DNA of 64,000 bases from Camelus dromedarius (GCF_036321535.1 NC_087436.1:21516001-21580000), one strand, 5' to 3'. Shown: positions 38,741 to 52,938, numbered from the stretch's first letter. The notes: generated from the sequence alone by a model not told the origin. Translations and numbers: made by a program.

Positions 38741-41259
38741 CTTCCAGAGAACTTTTGGAAGTCAGCCATTATTTTCCCTTGTGCCATTCTCATGTGTGAA
38801 TGTGGTACAAGGAACCTCTGCATCTTGTTACTAGCATGGAAATGAATCCAAAACCTGGAGGAGGTCAAGGCCCAAAGAAATTGAGCCCAATATACTGCAT
38901 TAAGCCAAACTTGAAGAATACTCTGTCTCTGGATTTCTAGTTATGTGAAGATATAAATGTCCTCATTGTTAAACCTAATTGGAATTACAATTTTTGTTAC
39001 TTGCTGGCAAGCCATTGTAATTAATATAAGCCCACACATATATTTTTAAAATTAAGAGTTAAATCATGTTATAACATGCTATGAAAGAATATTAAAATTA
39101 TTTCTTACACTGACTTTTTATTTGTCAATCATTATATGAAATAAATGCTCCATTGGTCAGGGCTAAATACAAGAGATTTTTCATGAAATTATGTTTTTTT
39201 TACTAATTAATTCCTTACTGCTTTTAACATTATGCAGTTATTTATTTAACACTCTGTGAAGCACTGGGGAATTCAGTTGTTAAACCCAAAAATAATGCGT
39301 GAATTTGCATCTATAAGCAATTATGTTCATGTATGCCTAGAGACAAGTCTAATAAGATTGAAAGAAAATGTCAAAAGGAGTTAACATGGGTGGTAGAATA
39401 GTAGATTATTTTCACATTTTAAAAATAATATTTTCTACTATTTCAGTTTTAAAAAGCACTGATACAATAACAGTACTATGTGTCTGGCATTGTGATAAAT
39501 AACTTATATATTAATTTTTTTCTTTTAGTTTTCGCAACAAAAGATAGGAATTATATTATTCTTATTTTGTTGATAAGGATATTGAAACTTTGATTTTAAA
39601 TATTGCCCAAGATAAAATAGTTAATAAATCATGGAGGATGTATTATTTTTGTAATTAGAAGACAAAAGAAAGTTAATTCTCCTTAATAAAAATAATAACA
39701 TAGAAATGTTTTTAACAACACAGAAAGATGGTTATAGGTTAAGTGACAAAAAAATCTGTTTTAGTACAACTGTCTCAGAAGACCCTCATACTATGATGGC
39801 TATGGTCTGAGGAGATTTTTGACATTGGACATGTACAAACCTTTCTTCTCCTGTGAAAAAAATGGGACCAGTAAATTGACATTAGCTTTCTTAAGCTCAA
39901 TGCCACAGCTATGTAAGAAAACATACAGTGTCCGGAGATCTGTGTTTATGTTCTCTCTTCTGGAATTATGGTTTATAGTTCTTTTAAAGATTTTATTAGG
40001 GAACAAAAAAACTGCCTCTCAGTGCCTTAATGGAGCCAAGAAAAGAACTTGTCATTGGTTAAGAATACTATTCTTCCAGTTTCTGCCCATGAAGCTTGAC
40101 TACAAGAAACTCCTCCCCCCACCAAATATTTGTCCTGAGGGTCCAGACAGTGTGCCTATTTGAAAGAAAAATTCTCACCAGTAGCTGGTTGAGAAGCAGT
40201 CTAGGTAAATCTGACCCATACCTAACATGGCCTTGGGCACAAAATAGATGAATAAATCTCTTATCCATCTCTGTTTCTTAGTATCCTCAAACCTCTGTCC
40301 CATTGTTTCTGAAAGAAACAGTCAAATAAGACATCCTTGGTTTTGGAAAAACCATATTATCTTGTTTTTTTGCTAATCTGTATTTATAAGTTTTCTCTAA
40401 TGAATGTATTTTACTTATGTAATAAGAGTATATATTATTTTAGAGTTTTAGGATTATAGTGGATCTTAGATATTATCTAGTTCAAACTCCTTTTCCCCTT
40501 TTACAGATGAGTACACTGAGGTCTACTGAGGGTAAATGCCCATCTTGTTGGAGCGTGTAATGGTACTGATTAGGAGTACTTTGCCAAAGGTTTTTGCTTA
40601 CACTCTCTAAAAATCTATTTAATTATTACATTGTACTTTTTTGCTTCCTGGTTGGAGAATTTCTGGAGAATTTTTTTAATAAAGGAGGAATCTGAGTCAT
40701 TCTCAAGTGAGTGAGAAATCTTTAGGTCCTATAAAAGCATATTCTTTCCATCTTTCTTTTTAAAATTCTAAGGGGATTTCACTATCAGATATTTAACATG
40801 GGTATTTTGTATCATTTTCTTCTTGCCATTTAAAAACTTTGCTGCTATAATCTCTAGGCCATCCAAAGACATACCTGTGGCTTTTCCATTCTGCACTGAA
40901 GTGCTCTTTCTAGTCTCTCTCATGAATGAGCTCTTCCAATACAAGGACAGTTTCCTTTGAAAAGGAATTTATCTGAGTGGTTTACAAACTCTTAAAAACT
41001 TTCAAAAGCCTGCCTCATGAAGGTCAAGTACTCTTGTAAAAATGGCATTTCACTGAGTGGGATGTTCATTGACTTTAGAATTCCTTTTGCCTTTGATTTC
41101 TCTTGGTACCTTGATCATGATACACAGCACAGTTGTCTTCTTACTGGGACCTAATTCACAATATTTACATGTAGTTCTTTTCTCCAAGAAGATTTTCTAA
41201 ACTAAAAAAATCTTTGTTTCACTTTTCAATTTTTTATCTTTTCCTTGTGTATTATTTAG

Positions 41260-41308
41260 GATTTCTTTTGATTGCTGGAAACGAAAAATCTGGACAAGAG
41301 CCACTAAA
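41260..41308 (+). CDS. Candidate micro-exon 9 (ISFDCWKRKIWTRATK)
   Basis: Acceptor tttttatcttttccttgtgtattatttag|, donor AAA|gtatgg; 49 nt; phase 2 to 0 matches exon 8. Confidence 0.6.
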
Positions 41309-41934
41309 GTATGGGTTTGTTTTGGTCAATATAATAAGAAATCCAGAGGCAGTTATCTGAGTTCAGTTACTCAGGGATGTCATCAAATACTAGGATTGTT
41401 TTATTTTCACCTCACTAATGTTAGTTGGTTGGCTTTTTCCGCATGCTTGCAGGAAAATTGCCAAGTAAATTCTGTCTAAAACTGAGTGAAGTTTTTGGGT
41501 TTTGGATTCACTTCTCCTTTAAGCAAACATCCAGTAAAGTGTGGGTAGATTTCAAGGACCTTGTTCTGAAAGGTGTTGAAGATTGGGAAGAACTTTCTTC
41601 TTTACACCATCCTTTCACTTTCTGTTTTAATCCAAGCCTAATCTCTGTCCACAACTCACTATCAGCAAGTAAAATGTTGAATTCTGGCATATTGATGTCC
41701 CATGAAAGGCTAGAAAGAGCAAGTCTGGATCTGAATCAAGCCACTAAGTGTGGGGATTTTGAGTCCAGACTGGGTAGTCATGATAGTGAATGTTTCTCAC
41801 AAAATCCTCTAATACAGATGTTGTCTGGAGTCTCCCACCCTTTAGAGATCTGGCTGAACATGTCCTGAGACCCCAGTTTTTGAGTTTGTGAGACTCCTTT
41901 TCTGATTTCTGTGAATTTCTGTGACTTATTTTTT

Positions 41935-42240
41935 TAAAAAAATTTAGGTCATTTGTGATTATTTAAAGGTGTACAACGTGATGATTTAATACATGTATAC
42001 ATTGTGAAATGATTACCACAATCAAATTAACACATCCAACACCTCACATAGTTAACATTTTTTATAGTACTAAGAACATTTAAGACATAGTCTTAGCAAA
42101 TTTCAAGACATAAGAGTGCATTATTAGCTGCAATCGCCATGCTAGCCATTATCCCCAGCATTTATTCACCTTATAACTGGAAGTTTGTGTGCTTTGGCCA
42201 GCTTTCTTCTTGCCTCTCTCTGCTTCTCTGCTCTTGAGTT
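41935..42240 (-). mobile_element. L1MA9-like 3' end fragment
   Basis: atttaaaggtgtacaacgtgatgatttaatacatgtatacattgtgaaatgattaccacaatc. Confidence 0.8.
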
Positions 42241-42584
42241 TATACTAGTTCCTCTTTTTCTTTTAAACGTCAATTTAAAGATGGAGCCAAATTCTTCACA
42301 GTTCTTTGGAAAAATCCAGAGCAATGTTTTATGAATTCAGTATCATTACCAAAGGTTTTAGGTTTTAGAGGTAAGGATACAGCCTGTAATCTCTTGCTAG
42401 CCTCATGCTAAATACTCTCTGGTCTCTGCAAGTCCTCATCCCAAAGGGAAAGGACTTCAGTCTCCTACTGTAGTTCCTCTTGTGGGGAACAGCCTCATCA
42501 GGCCAGCCCTTTTCCCAGCGTTTTCTGAATTTTGGGGGCCATAGCATTCTGTAAATTGTTAAATTTCTCTACTAGTCAAAGGTC

Positions 42585-43650
42585 TTTTAGTTGATTTTGG
42601 CAAAAGCCAAACTCAAAGTTATTAGGGAAAAATGGGAACTTATTTGCTCATAACCCTGAAAATTCTGAGTAACACTGGCTCAGTCGGAGTTTGATCCAGA
42701 AACTCTCTTGGCCTCATCAGGACTAGATCTTTCTCTGATTTGTCTTTACTTTCCTTAGTAATGCTTCACTCACGGGTAGGCTCTGTTTTTGTTTGTATTT
42801 GTTTTTAACGGTTTTAAATTTTTATTCTATGTAGGTTATTTATTTCTATTTTATTTTTCAAAGTATGAATGTAGGAAGTTGGAAATTGTACCAGGTTGAT
42901 CCTTTGGCACCTAGAGCTACTGCTGACCATCTGTGTGACCTGGAGCAAGTCACTTAACCTGTTAAATGTTAAATCTGTTATTTGGGAATAATACTACACG
43001 TATCAGAGCATTTTTATGAGATTATACGAGTTGATTTATATCGGACATTTTTAATGGCTTTTTAAAATTCTGGTAAAATATACGTAACATAAAATTTACT
43101 ATTTTAATGATTTTTAAGTTTACAACTCAGTGGCATTAAGTATATTCACCGTGTTGTGCAACCATCACCATTATCTATTTCCAGAACTTTTCATCATCTC
43201 AAACAAAACTGTGTGCATTAAATAACACTTCTCCCCTCCTCCACAGCCCTCGGTAACCTCTAGTCTACCTTTTCTGCACAGGTTCTGTTTTAATAGTCTC
43301 CTCCACCCCACAGCGCCAGGCTTACATCCTTTAAATTTAGTGACTTCAGTAGAAAGAGTTTTTTACATCCCAATAATTTTCACAAAATTCCCAGGTTTGA
43401 TCTCAGTTGGACCAAGTTGGTTCATTTGCCCTTCCTTGAACCAACCTTTGTGACCACTGGGATTGGCCAGACCTATGACATGCAGTACTTCTGGATGTTG
43501 GGGATGGGGCCATTCCTACCTTTTCCCCTAACTATATGGACTGAAGATAGTAATCTGTGATTTCTAAAGAAAAATCAAGAAGCTATGATCAGAATTGGAG
43601 GTGAGTTGAGGTGAAGGAGACGAGGCAGTGGTTGCTGGGCTGACAAACCC
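42585..43650 (-). mobile_element. MaLR LTR (MLT1K-like) split by an L1 insertion at about 42790-43279
   Basis: aaactcaaag...gggaacttatttgctcataac...gcttcactcacgggtaggctct [insert] ccaggcttacatcc...ttcatttgcccttccttgaaccaa, colinear across the insert. Confidence 0.7.
43058..43279 (-). mobile_element. L1MB-like 3' end carrying a probable 3' transduction (42790-43057)
   Basis: ggtaaaatatacgtaacataaaatttac...gtgttgtgcaaccatcacc; TSD aggctctgtttt / aggttctgtttt encloses the L1 plus extra DNA. Confidence 0.8.
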
Positions 43651-44123
43651 CAGGGAGAGTCTGGCCTGTGCACACTTGTCTATGTGGATCAGGTGACCTC
43701 TAATCTATGATCCTTCAAAAGGAAATGGGATGCTTTTTCTCCTAAAGGTGAATTGATCTACTAAAAATAATAACATCTGTCACATAAAAGTAAAAACACA
43801 ATTTAAAAATCAATTGGAAACTTTTGTTGTGGTTGGGATGGGAGAAGATACTATATAAAAATTAATATGAAATTTTTAGGAGAAAGAAAGAATTGTTTTA
43901 TTAAATAAATTTATAATTCTATTTTATGATAAAGCAAAAGGAATTAGGAAATAAATGAAGAGAGGGAGATACACATAAACGGAAACATAGACAGAGATTG
44001 GAAAATTCCTCTGTAGGGAGAGAGAGTGCAGATTACTAGAGACAAACTATTCTTATCCCAGGTTAGATTTTACTTGAACTTCTGAGCTAGGTATTTCAAC
44101 TGTTTTTTCCCCGAAGTCCTTAG

Positions 44124-44133
44124 ATCAGGATCA
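44124..44133 (+). CDS. Candidate 10-nt micro-exon 10 (IRI-T); alternative 17-nt form starts at 44117
   Basis: tgttttttccccgaagtccttag|ATCAGGATCA|gtaagt; the TAG acceptor keeps the frame open into exon 11. Confidence 0.4.
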
Positions 44134-47100
44134 GTAAGTATGGGATATTTAAGTTGTTATTTCCCCCTTTCTGAATCCATGCATAGACGTAATCTCTCTT
44201 GGTACTGTTCCTGTGAGTCTATCTGTGGCCTGAGAAATGTTCCAAAGAATTTGCTCCAGGCAGCCATCAATGAGTTCACATGCAAAATTAAGCCTATTTG
44301 CGATCCTCGTCTTAGATGTTCATTCGGACTGAGACAAATAGGATTGTGGCCTAGGATACCTCGACAGTACCCAGGGCAATATTATTACCTTGAGAACTGG
44401 ATACAGTGGACTTAGAGTTGGGTCCAGATCCAAACCTGATACTTCTTCATTCATGTGTTGTAAGATTGTGACATGTATCCTGAACTACCTTGGAGCAGCT
44501 AAACTGTCCCATTCCAGGACTATGCAGCAGGCCAGTGGGATAGCCAGCACGTTGATGTTGCTAGGAATCAGAGTTCTCACTGTAGAAGAATGGTGATAAA
44601 ATTATGGATGGAGGCTCTAAAGGAAGAATCCTGTGGTATTACTTTGGAATCAGATACATCAGTAATTTTTATATATTCATTCAGAAGAAGTGATTTCATT
44701 TAGAAGCAGCCCTGCTCAAAAATGTGTATCTGAACTTAACCTACATATATTTGAAGTAACAGCTAAACACTCCTAGAGTGGTGAGAATGGTTGGCTAAAA
44801 GGAGAAGGGCATTACTTGTTAGTACTTTCCTATAAATAAATTCTATAAGCTTTTGTTAATACCTCATTAATAAACTCTAATTCAGTTGTTTTTAATAGGT
44901 GACAATGAAATGCTTTAATTTGTCATCAATATGCAAAAAATTTTTTTTGTTAACAGTTACTGTGAGGTTTTATGTCAGATGGAAAGTTGACTGATGCGTT
45001 ATTTGACACCATACAGAATGGGTTAAAAGTTACTATGCAATTAAGAAGTTAGAAGCATATTTTAAGACCAAATAATGCCTGGTAAAGATTGTGAGTTTAC
45101 TGTGATGTGTGAGAAATTTGCCTCTTGATTATCTAAGAAAGTGTGGTCAGGGCAAAAAATAGACCCCTCAAATGACAACTGAATTGTCTGATAATTCACT
45201 GAAGATGATTAAAGATCCATGTAACATTATATGACAGTTATAATTAGAAAGGAAATCTATTGTGACAGTAATACACATATAAAGTGTATTTATCCAGAGG
45301 TTTATTGTTACTTATGCTTAGAAATAATCAGCATATAATGGAAATACAATAGAATCAATGGCATCATATTAGTGGATTTAAGAGACCATGTCTTGGTCAA
45401 TAAAGTATATGAAGACACAGAAGACAACGGGGAAGAACTTTAGAGTTTACATTCTTGTGATCATAAAAATTAAGTGAGTCAAAAACCACTGGGGATTCTT
45501 CCAAGTGGAGCAAAGTAAACTTTCCAAAACTCAACTGTGCTGACATCACTGCTGCTTCACCTGGTTGTGGGAAGCCCCCCTCTCCACTCCATTCATTAAA
45601 CTGTAATAAATAAAGCAACATGCAAGTAAAGAAAGATGTAGTTAAATGCAAAGCAGCATATGGTCTTCAGAGCTTCATGCTGAAGGAGAAGAGATTCCTG
45701 GGGAGTTTGGGAGGATTTTAAATGGAGGACAAAGAGTGAGTTCTTTGGGGGAAGAAAGACTTCAGGCAGTAAATGAGAGATGGACTGAGTCTGTTAAGAG
45801 TATCCTGGGTATGGTGTCTGCCATCTCTCCTGCTGGTGTGTTTGGCCAGAATGTTTACCTGCCTGTTACCAGGAAGGAAATCCTAAGGAGTAGAGATGCC
45901 AGCTATAGGAATGATTACGTTATTGCTGAGATGTTAAAAGTTGATTAGTGGGTTTTTTAATATTTTTCAAGCACTGAACTGCCAAAACTTCTGATTTTAA
46001 AGTACTATAAACTAAAAATTTTGAAAACTATTGCTGAATGGGCTTCAAAGATTTGTCACCAGTTTTCTTCCCAACTGACTTGTGGATATATCTCATTTGG
46101 ATCATAACTCAGCACGGGGAATTTTGTCAGCTCAGCTGTGGTGTGATGGAGGCAAAGCAAGTGAAATTCTAAGGAGGAAGAGATCCGAGACAGTAGTGGG
46201 ACCAGAGTCCTGGTTTTCCAGTCTAAAGGAGATTTAGCTGAGAAGCAAGCCAGGGAACAAGAGAGGAGCACTCCTTGCCCAATGCTCCCATAGAGGTCTC
46301 AATCTGTGACTCCTGGACTACAGAACAATGTGTCATGATATCAAGCTTGGAGAATTAGGTAGTCATGAAAGGCGACAGATGAGGAATACAACAATGTGAC
46401 TGAGTTAGAGTTTGGCCCAGGAGTGTTTCCAGAGCTGAGTAGGTAGTTGTAGTCTTTTAATATTAGGTTTCTGTAGCTGTGTGTGGTGGTGTGTCCCTTG
46501 TAGAAATACCAATAGGGAGGAGAGTCATTTTAAAACATGCTGAACTCCAGCAGCGTCCAGCGTTGGAAGAGTTCTGAAGCCCAGCTTGTTGGGTAGCTTG
46601 GTGTCAAATAAAATAAAGAGAAAGCTGTGAGGTAGAAGGAGGCATGAAAAGAAATGAAGGATTAGGGGTTAGAAAGGAAGAGGCTTAAATAATCTTAACT
46701 AAATTTTGTGCTAGGCAGACAAAATGAGTAGGATATTTTATGATTTGTATAGCTATGAAACGTCTTAATGATAGTTATGGCTACACTTACTCTGATTATT
46801 TGGGCAAAAATATTTTTTGTCTTAATTACCTAAATAATTGAGGAAATGTCTAATGGTCCCAATTAGCTATTTAAGATTCCTCAGTTCACCAGATAGTGTA
46901 ATCCTCTATTGTATTTTGTATCAGGGAGCTAAGGAGAGATCTTCAGTAGAAAGATTTTCATATTTTCCCATTTCTAGTCCTTAAATCTGTTGGTGAAATT
47001 GGTCCAGCCTGTATAATTTCTGATAATTAGAAATCAAGACATTGTAGTGCACATCCCTTTTCACTATTTGTTAAAGAATTAGCTTTTGTTTTTCTTTTAA

Positions 47101-47584
47101 AACACTATGGAATATATCCAAGATCCTTCCTTTCTTTTTTTAAGTAAAGGGATCTTAACCAATTGTTCTAAATTTGCATAAATTTGAATACTATTTTACA
47201 TCGAGTAGGAGAGTGCCTCTCTACTTTTTTTAAGAACACAAAGTTTGATGGGAGTGAAATTAAAACGTAATGACTATTAATTTCAAATATCATTACAATG
47301 TCAGACAATCGACAATTGTAAGATTCGGCTATTAGTCCTGTGTTCCATAAAGCTGAGTCACTTTTTCCATCAATATCTTGATTTCGGCTCTAATAGCATT
47401 TCTGTCTCCCTTAAAGGCTGTCAGTTAAGTTAATAAATAATGCCAGTAAAGTCCTTGACAAAACTTAGAAGCTAGCATGACATAGAAATCAAGATATTAT
47501 TTATTATAAAATTGATTACTTGTTCATCTTCACACTTAAATTATGAGATGATAGTAATATAATATATAATATTTTAAAATTTAA

Positions 47585-48712
47585 AATGTGTCACTTTTAC
47601 ATACCCATCAATCATTGTCTGAGGGTTTTTTTTTTTTTATTTGAGAAATTTCTTACTTTCTGGAAGTACAAAATACTACATGTTTATTTTGTATATTTCC
47701 TGTACAAGACCATTCCTCTAGGGAGCCCTGGTTCCCTTCATTGGAGAATAGTATTAGCAACTAAGATCTGGCACTAGAGGTGCTCATTGGAACTGGACTG
47801 ATGTTACTTCTTGGCTCTCTCAAATGACAAAGTAAGGAAATATATGAGTGTATATTAACCTAAGTATATTATGTATACATACAAATACCTATAATTTTAT
47901 ATAGAAATATGTAAATCTGAAAATGTCTAGAAGTATAAATATTTCTGTATGTAACCATCTGTGTCGTGTTACACTAAATAAACATGAGCTCATAGTGATG
48001 TCTCCAACCCTGATTCATTACCATGTGGATCCTTCTAGCCACCTCCCCTTGCTTATGTGAAACCTCTCACTTCAACAGTGAGAAATCTGGCTTGCACCAT
48101 CTGCCATCTCCTTACTTAATTGCTTAATTTTTGTATTCATGTGCAGCGGTATCAGAATTGTTAATCCGTACTTCTGTGGCAAACGACATTATCAACTAGA
48201 GTACGGTGCTTATGTGGATTTATCTTGGCTTTCATTTATAACACCCATTAGTTTCCAGAGTTACTTAGGTCAACACCTTTTTTTCCCCTAACCTCTTAAG
48301 TGAGGTGATTTCATGCATCTGTAATGCAGTTAAGTTGCTTTGCCACATTCTGCATTCCACTGTGAGATTCTCCCAACCTTCTAAATAATTTTTTAAAAAT
48401 TTAACATATTAAGGCTCACTGTCTGTGCTCTAAATTTCTATGGGTTTTGATAAATGCCTAGTATCATGTATCCACTACTACAATATCATACAACATAGTT
48501 TCAATGCCCTAAAAAAATCTCCTGTACTTTACGTGTTTAACATATCTCCCCTATCTCCAAATACCTGGCAACCATTGATTTTCAAAAAATCATTTCTATA
48601 GTCTTCCCCTTTCCAGACTCATACAATTTTCCATTATTTATTTTTTCAGGTTGGCTTCTTTCACTTAGCAATATGTATTTACAGTTCATCCATGTCTTTT
48701 CATGACTTGGTA
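47585..48712 (-). mobile_element. L1MD-like 3' UTR
   Basis: ggagccctggttcccttcattggagaatagtattag...tctccaaccctgattcattaccatgtggatc...ggcttctttcacttagcaatatg. Confidence 0.8.
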
Positions 48713-49540
48713 GAAGAGGATTTTTCTCTCTTTATCCTTTCCTAGTCCCCAATATAATACCACAATTTTTGGTTAAATCCGTTTTTGGTGTTTTCATTAT
48801 GATTGTGTGTGTGTGTATTCACTGCTGAAATCAAGTATTATAACATTAATACAGTTTCTTGTTAGACCTTTTTCCCTTTGGAGTTGATAAATGCCTTATT
48901 TTTTCCCATTTATTTGGTTTTGTTTAACTTAAAAGCTGTCTTACTGTACTCCCTAACAGTTCTGTAAAATATTTATGAATATAATTTTCTAAGCAGTCAA
49001 ACTTCTGAGATAATCTGCTATCAACCTCACCATGATTTTTTACTTATTTTTTGCTAAAAGCATTCTTTCTGGAACCGTCAATATTCTGTTCCATGGTGAT
49101 GTGTGGCATAGACTTTCTGCATGGCCCTCATATTGGGACTTCCTTTTGACAAGTTCATACAGATTCCTTTTATCTCTTTTCTCTTTTCGATCCTTGTACT
49201 GATTCCATGTCTTCTTTTGCCTTATTTACTTAATTTTAGTGTAACATATCCTTCAGTAACTTCTTGTAAAAAGGTACCTGGGAAGTTAAGTTTTTCAGAC
49301 ACTTGATTTTTCTTGTTAATTGTGAACACATTCTTAGCATTGTGAACCATTTTGCTAGCATCCCAGGTTTCTATTTGGAAATCCAGTGCCTTTCATATTC
49401 CTGAGTTTAGTGGAAATTTTGAGAAACAGTTTAATTGCTATTGAATATGTGCATGTTGATGTGTGTGTACTCTGGGTATTGCCTGGTAGTGTCATTAATG
49501 AAAAAAAAGGAAAAACTATTTTTTTGTGTTCTTCTTATAG

Positions 49541-49569
49541 CCAGTAGTATTTTTTCAAGAGGCTCAATG
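49541..49569 (+). CDS. Candidate micro-exon 11 (SSIFSRGSM)
   Basis: Strong acceptor tttttttgtgttcttcttatag|, strong donor ATG|gtatgt; 29 nt. Confidence 0.6.
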
Positions 49570-51559
49570 GTATGTAAAATGCTATCTTTATAAGCATGTT
49601 TTTGATCAAAGTACCCTGGTATATACCCAGTATACTACAGTTAGCAATTAGTTTTCATTTCATGATGATTGTACTTAACATTTTATTTACATCTTGAGTT
49701 TAATTAGAATCTTTTGCAAGTAGAACATACATAATAGCAATGATCACCAAGACACATTGTTTGTGTCATTATATAGTCATCTCTCAGGTCAGAACAAAAG
49801 TAAAATCATTAGATGACACAATTTAATAAAATCTCACACATAGAGTGAGCTTTATTTAAATCGTAAATGAAACAGTGAAAAGTACACTGCACTGACATAA
49901 AGACTCATAGGTGAAATATAACTAAAGGAAATAAACATTTTTTTCTTCACATCAGAATGGCAGAGGTAGGGATTCCATGTAATTTTCAAGTTACTAATAT
50001 TAAAGTCAGTATTGTTTCAAAGAGCCTTAAATAAAGAAGGCTTGCAATAAGAAGTCCAGTTAGAGTACAGTTCTGCAAAACCTGACTTGGGAAATATTAT
50101 GTCCCCAAATATCTGCTTGTGACAAATTTAACATCAATGACATTACGAGAATATCTGAATACTGGCTAATATCTTGTTTGTTAAGATAACTTACCCTCAA
50201 CAAAAACAGACATTGGTCTTAAATGTTTGAAAAATAAAAATATATGTGTTCTGCTGAAGGTTTTGAAATGGTGATGTCATTTTAAGTGCAGTGATTGGTT
50301 TCATAGAGCAAGTGGCATAGAAATTTACGCATCTTGGTAAATGTCTCATTTAGACTCCTAGATAATGAGTATAAGTGTGGATAGGAAATAATGGTTTAAC
50401 TGCACATATATTAGAATGAGCATACTAAGCATTCCTGCATGCATATTAATTTATCAGGAATTATGAGAAAATTAAAATTAATGATAATGATTCCTGTTCT
50501 TGAAGTTACAAAAGACTTATTAGAGTCTGAAGCTGAGAAAGATATTTGAATTTGGGTTTTGTTTTTTTTTTTTAGCAAAGGCAAGTAGTGTAACATTACA
50601 TTATTAAGGATAAGGGAATAAAATAATTTCATTCCACAAGTGAATGTCTTACATGACTACTAGAGCTGTACTGGTGAATGCTATTTCTAGGAAGTATTGG
50701 ATCAGTTTTCAAATAAATGATACTGGTTTGCCATAACAGCCCCTAACTAAAGTGGACACATAGGATATTTCTTTCCCATTTACTCTTCCACAGTAATCCT
50801 TTCAACATATTACGTTTTACAGGGCACAATATTGCTGGTTGCAACACTTAACTTAATGAATTTTCAATGCCTCCTTGTTTACAAACATAATGCCAGTGTT
50901 AAAACTCTTTATTTGTTCATTTATTATAAGGTAAATACCAGGTCACTAAGAAATATTAAATTCTTTTTATCCAAGTTTGTCAAAGTTATTACAGTACTTT
51001 TGTGCTTGGACTGGAAAATATATACACTTTATTGAGTTAGTGGCTTTTTACATTCTGGAGATCCATTCTGCACCCAATTCTCCAAATGGGAACAAATCGA
51101 CACCTTACTGGAGAACACTCTGCCCCATTTTGTTTTTGCATTTATTTCTTCAGCTAAGAATATCCCAGTATCTCATTTTCTTTTCTTTATTGCTCTTTTG
51201 CGTGGGCTGATTGTTTCAGTGGTTTTTCCCACAGTAGCAGTCACATCTTTTTCCTGTTCACTGTGCTGGATGATTGTCCCATTTAGCACTTATTTGCTAG
51301 CTTAATTTCTTGCTTCTGTACTAATTATTTTACTTTACAAGGAACGCTGACAAAAAGAACAGACTGTTAGTCTAAACATTTACTATAGGTTCTATTCTCT
51401 TTCTATTTCACCAACAACAAATAAATACAGCATTTACTTAAATATCAGCAACAAAATCCAGAGGTTGTCAAATCACGTGGCATATTTCCATGCTTGGAAC
51501 ATTTCAAACTGTCTCAATATTAGATATTTTTTTCCTCATGGGATTGCTTGCCCCACTGT

Positions 51560-52035
51560 TTGATCTTGGAGCATTCATACCCCCCACCCCCATGCACTAA
51601 TTCAGCCTACAGGGTTTTGACAACAGCCATGTTAACACAACAGGACTGGCCTCCTGGCCGTACCTATGCACCATGCTGGTCCAATCAGAACCTCTCTGAA
51701 ACCAAGCTATTAAGTTTTGGTCTTGATCTGATGGGTCTTTTGAATTTTCAACACTAAATATTTTTTATTGGCCATGTTTTCCGCCAAAAGCAGAGAATGC
51801 CTGGCTGCAGAGATAGAAAGAAGGCTGGAGCTGACTTTAACGAATGAGCAGTGGTGAAGGAGGGAGAAAGAGTCATGAATGCATTTAAACTCCTGGTTTC
51901 TGTTTGTCCTGAGCTCAGCTGCATCTGTGTCTTTGAGATACCCTTATATATAGTCTTATGTTAAAGTCCCCTTTAAAAAATTTATACTACCCCTGGCTTG
52001 GTTTTTTTAGTTGTTAACAAAAGCATTCTAGTATA
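51560..52035 (+). mobile_element. ERVL LTR (LTR16-like)
   Basis: gctggtccaatcagaacctctc...ggccatgttttccgcc...ttgttaacaaaagcattctagtata. Confidence 0.55.
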
Positions 52036-52427
52036 TATATTTCTCAGGACCCAAGATACTTTACATTAATATTGTCTATACGTGTCTATGTTATTACAAA
52101 ACAAAATACAATATAAAAATAAAACATAAAACATGATTCCTGACTTCTGTCATTCCACACAGAAAGGCTATGGTCCTTCTTAGATGTTAGCAAATAGTCC
52201 CAAACCCTTGAAATTTGATAACTGGGTGTCACCTGGGTGGTGTACATCAGTGTTTTCCTGATATATCAAAGATAATCTTATTTTATTCAGTATTAAACAC
52301 TTTACATATTTTATTTTTTCCTGAAAGACAATATTTATGTATTGGATCATGTTTTCCTTTTGGTTTTTCCTTGTACTTTAACTATCTTTTCTCAATGGTA
52401 CAGAGTTAGCTTTACTGCTTTTAGTGG

Positions 52428-52550
52428 TATGTGTGTGTATGTGTGTATATAAGTATGTATAGGTGTATTTATATATATATGTGTGTGTATATATATATAA
52501 TCCAAATACATGCACATATATAAAGTTTTATGTATATATATATAAAACTT
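52428..52550. repeat. (TG/TA)n low-complexity tract
   Basis: tatgtgtgtgtatgtgtgtatat...gtgtgtgtatatatatata...tgtatatatatata. Confidence 0.85.
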
Positions 52551-52840
52551 GACCTTTGTTAAAACATTTATTTAATTGTCCCTTTTTGCCCTAAAAAATC
52601 ACAGTCTAAGGAAGTCTTAACCTACATTAAAAAGTGCATATAAATTAAAATACAGCAAAAATATTTCATTTTACTGAGAATCCTCACTTTCTTCATAGGT
52701 CATAGAAACTTATGCAGCCATACTAACTACTTTCCTTCTCTCTTTATTTAGAAATTCTAATGGAAACAGCCATATAAAAATACTTTTCAAAGGTTTCCAG
52801 GGACTGTAAGCCTTCCTTGATTTGTAATTAAAAGTAAGTT

Positions 52841-52938
52841 TTATATGAAAACGAACATATGTGTATATATGCATGACTGGGACTTTATGCTATACACCAG
52901 AAATTGACACATTATAACTGACTATACTTCGATTAAAA
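52841..52938 (+). mobile_element. About 100-bp camelid L1 3' tail with perfect TSD
   Basis: gcatgactgggactttatgctatacaccagaaattgacacattataactgactatacttc; TSD aaaagtaagtt (52830-52840 / 52939-52949). Confidence 0.9.

Noticed and set aside
41425..41868. Longest ORF (147 aa)
   Set aside because: Non-ATG start, overlaps LTR-like debris, no recognisable domain.
50823..50930. 108-nt symmetric open exon candidate between exons 11 and 12
   Set aside because: Phase-compatible, but its composition is intron-like (long T/A tract at the 3' end); left out of the model.
52523..52550. Near-perfect AT palindrome aagttttatgtatatatatataaaactt
   Set aside because: Part of a (TA)n low-complexity tract, which is self-complementary by nature.
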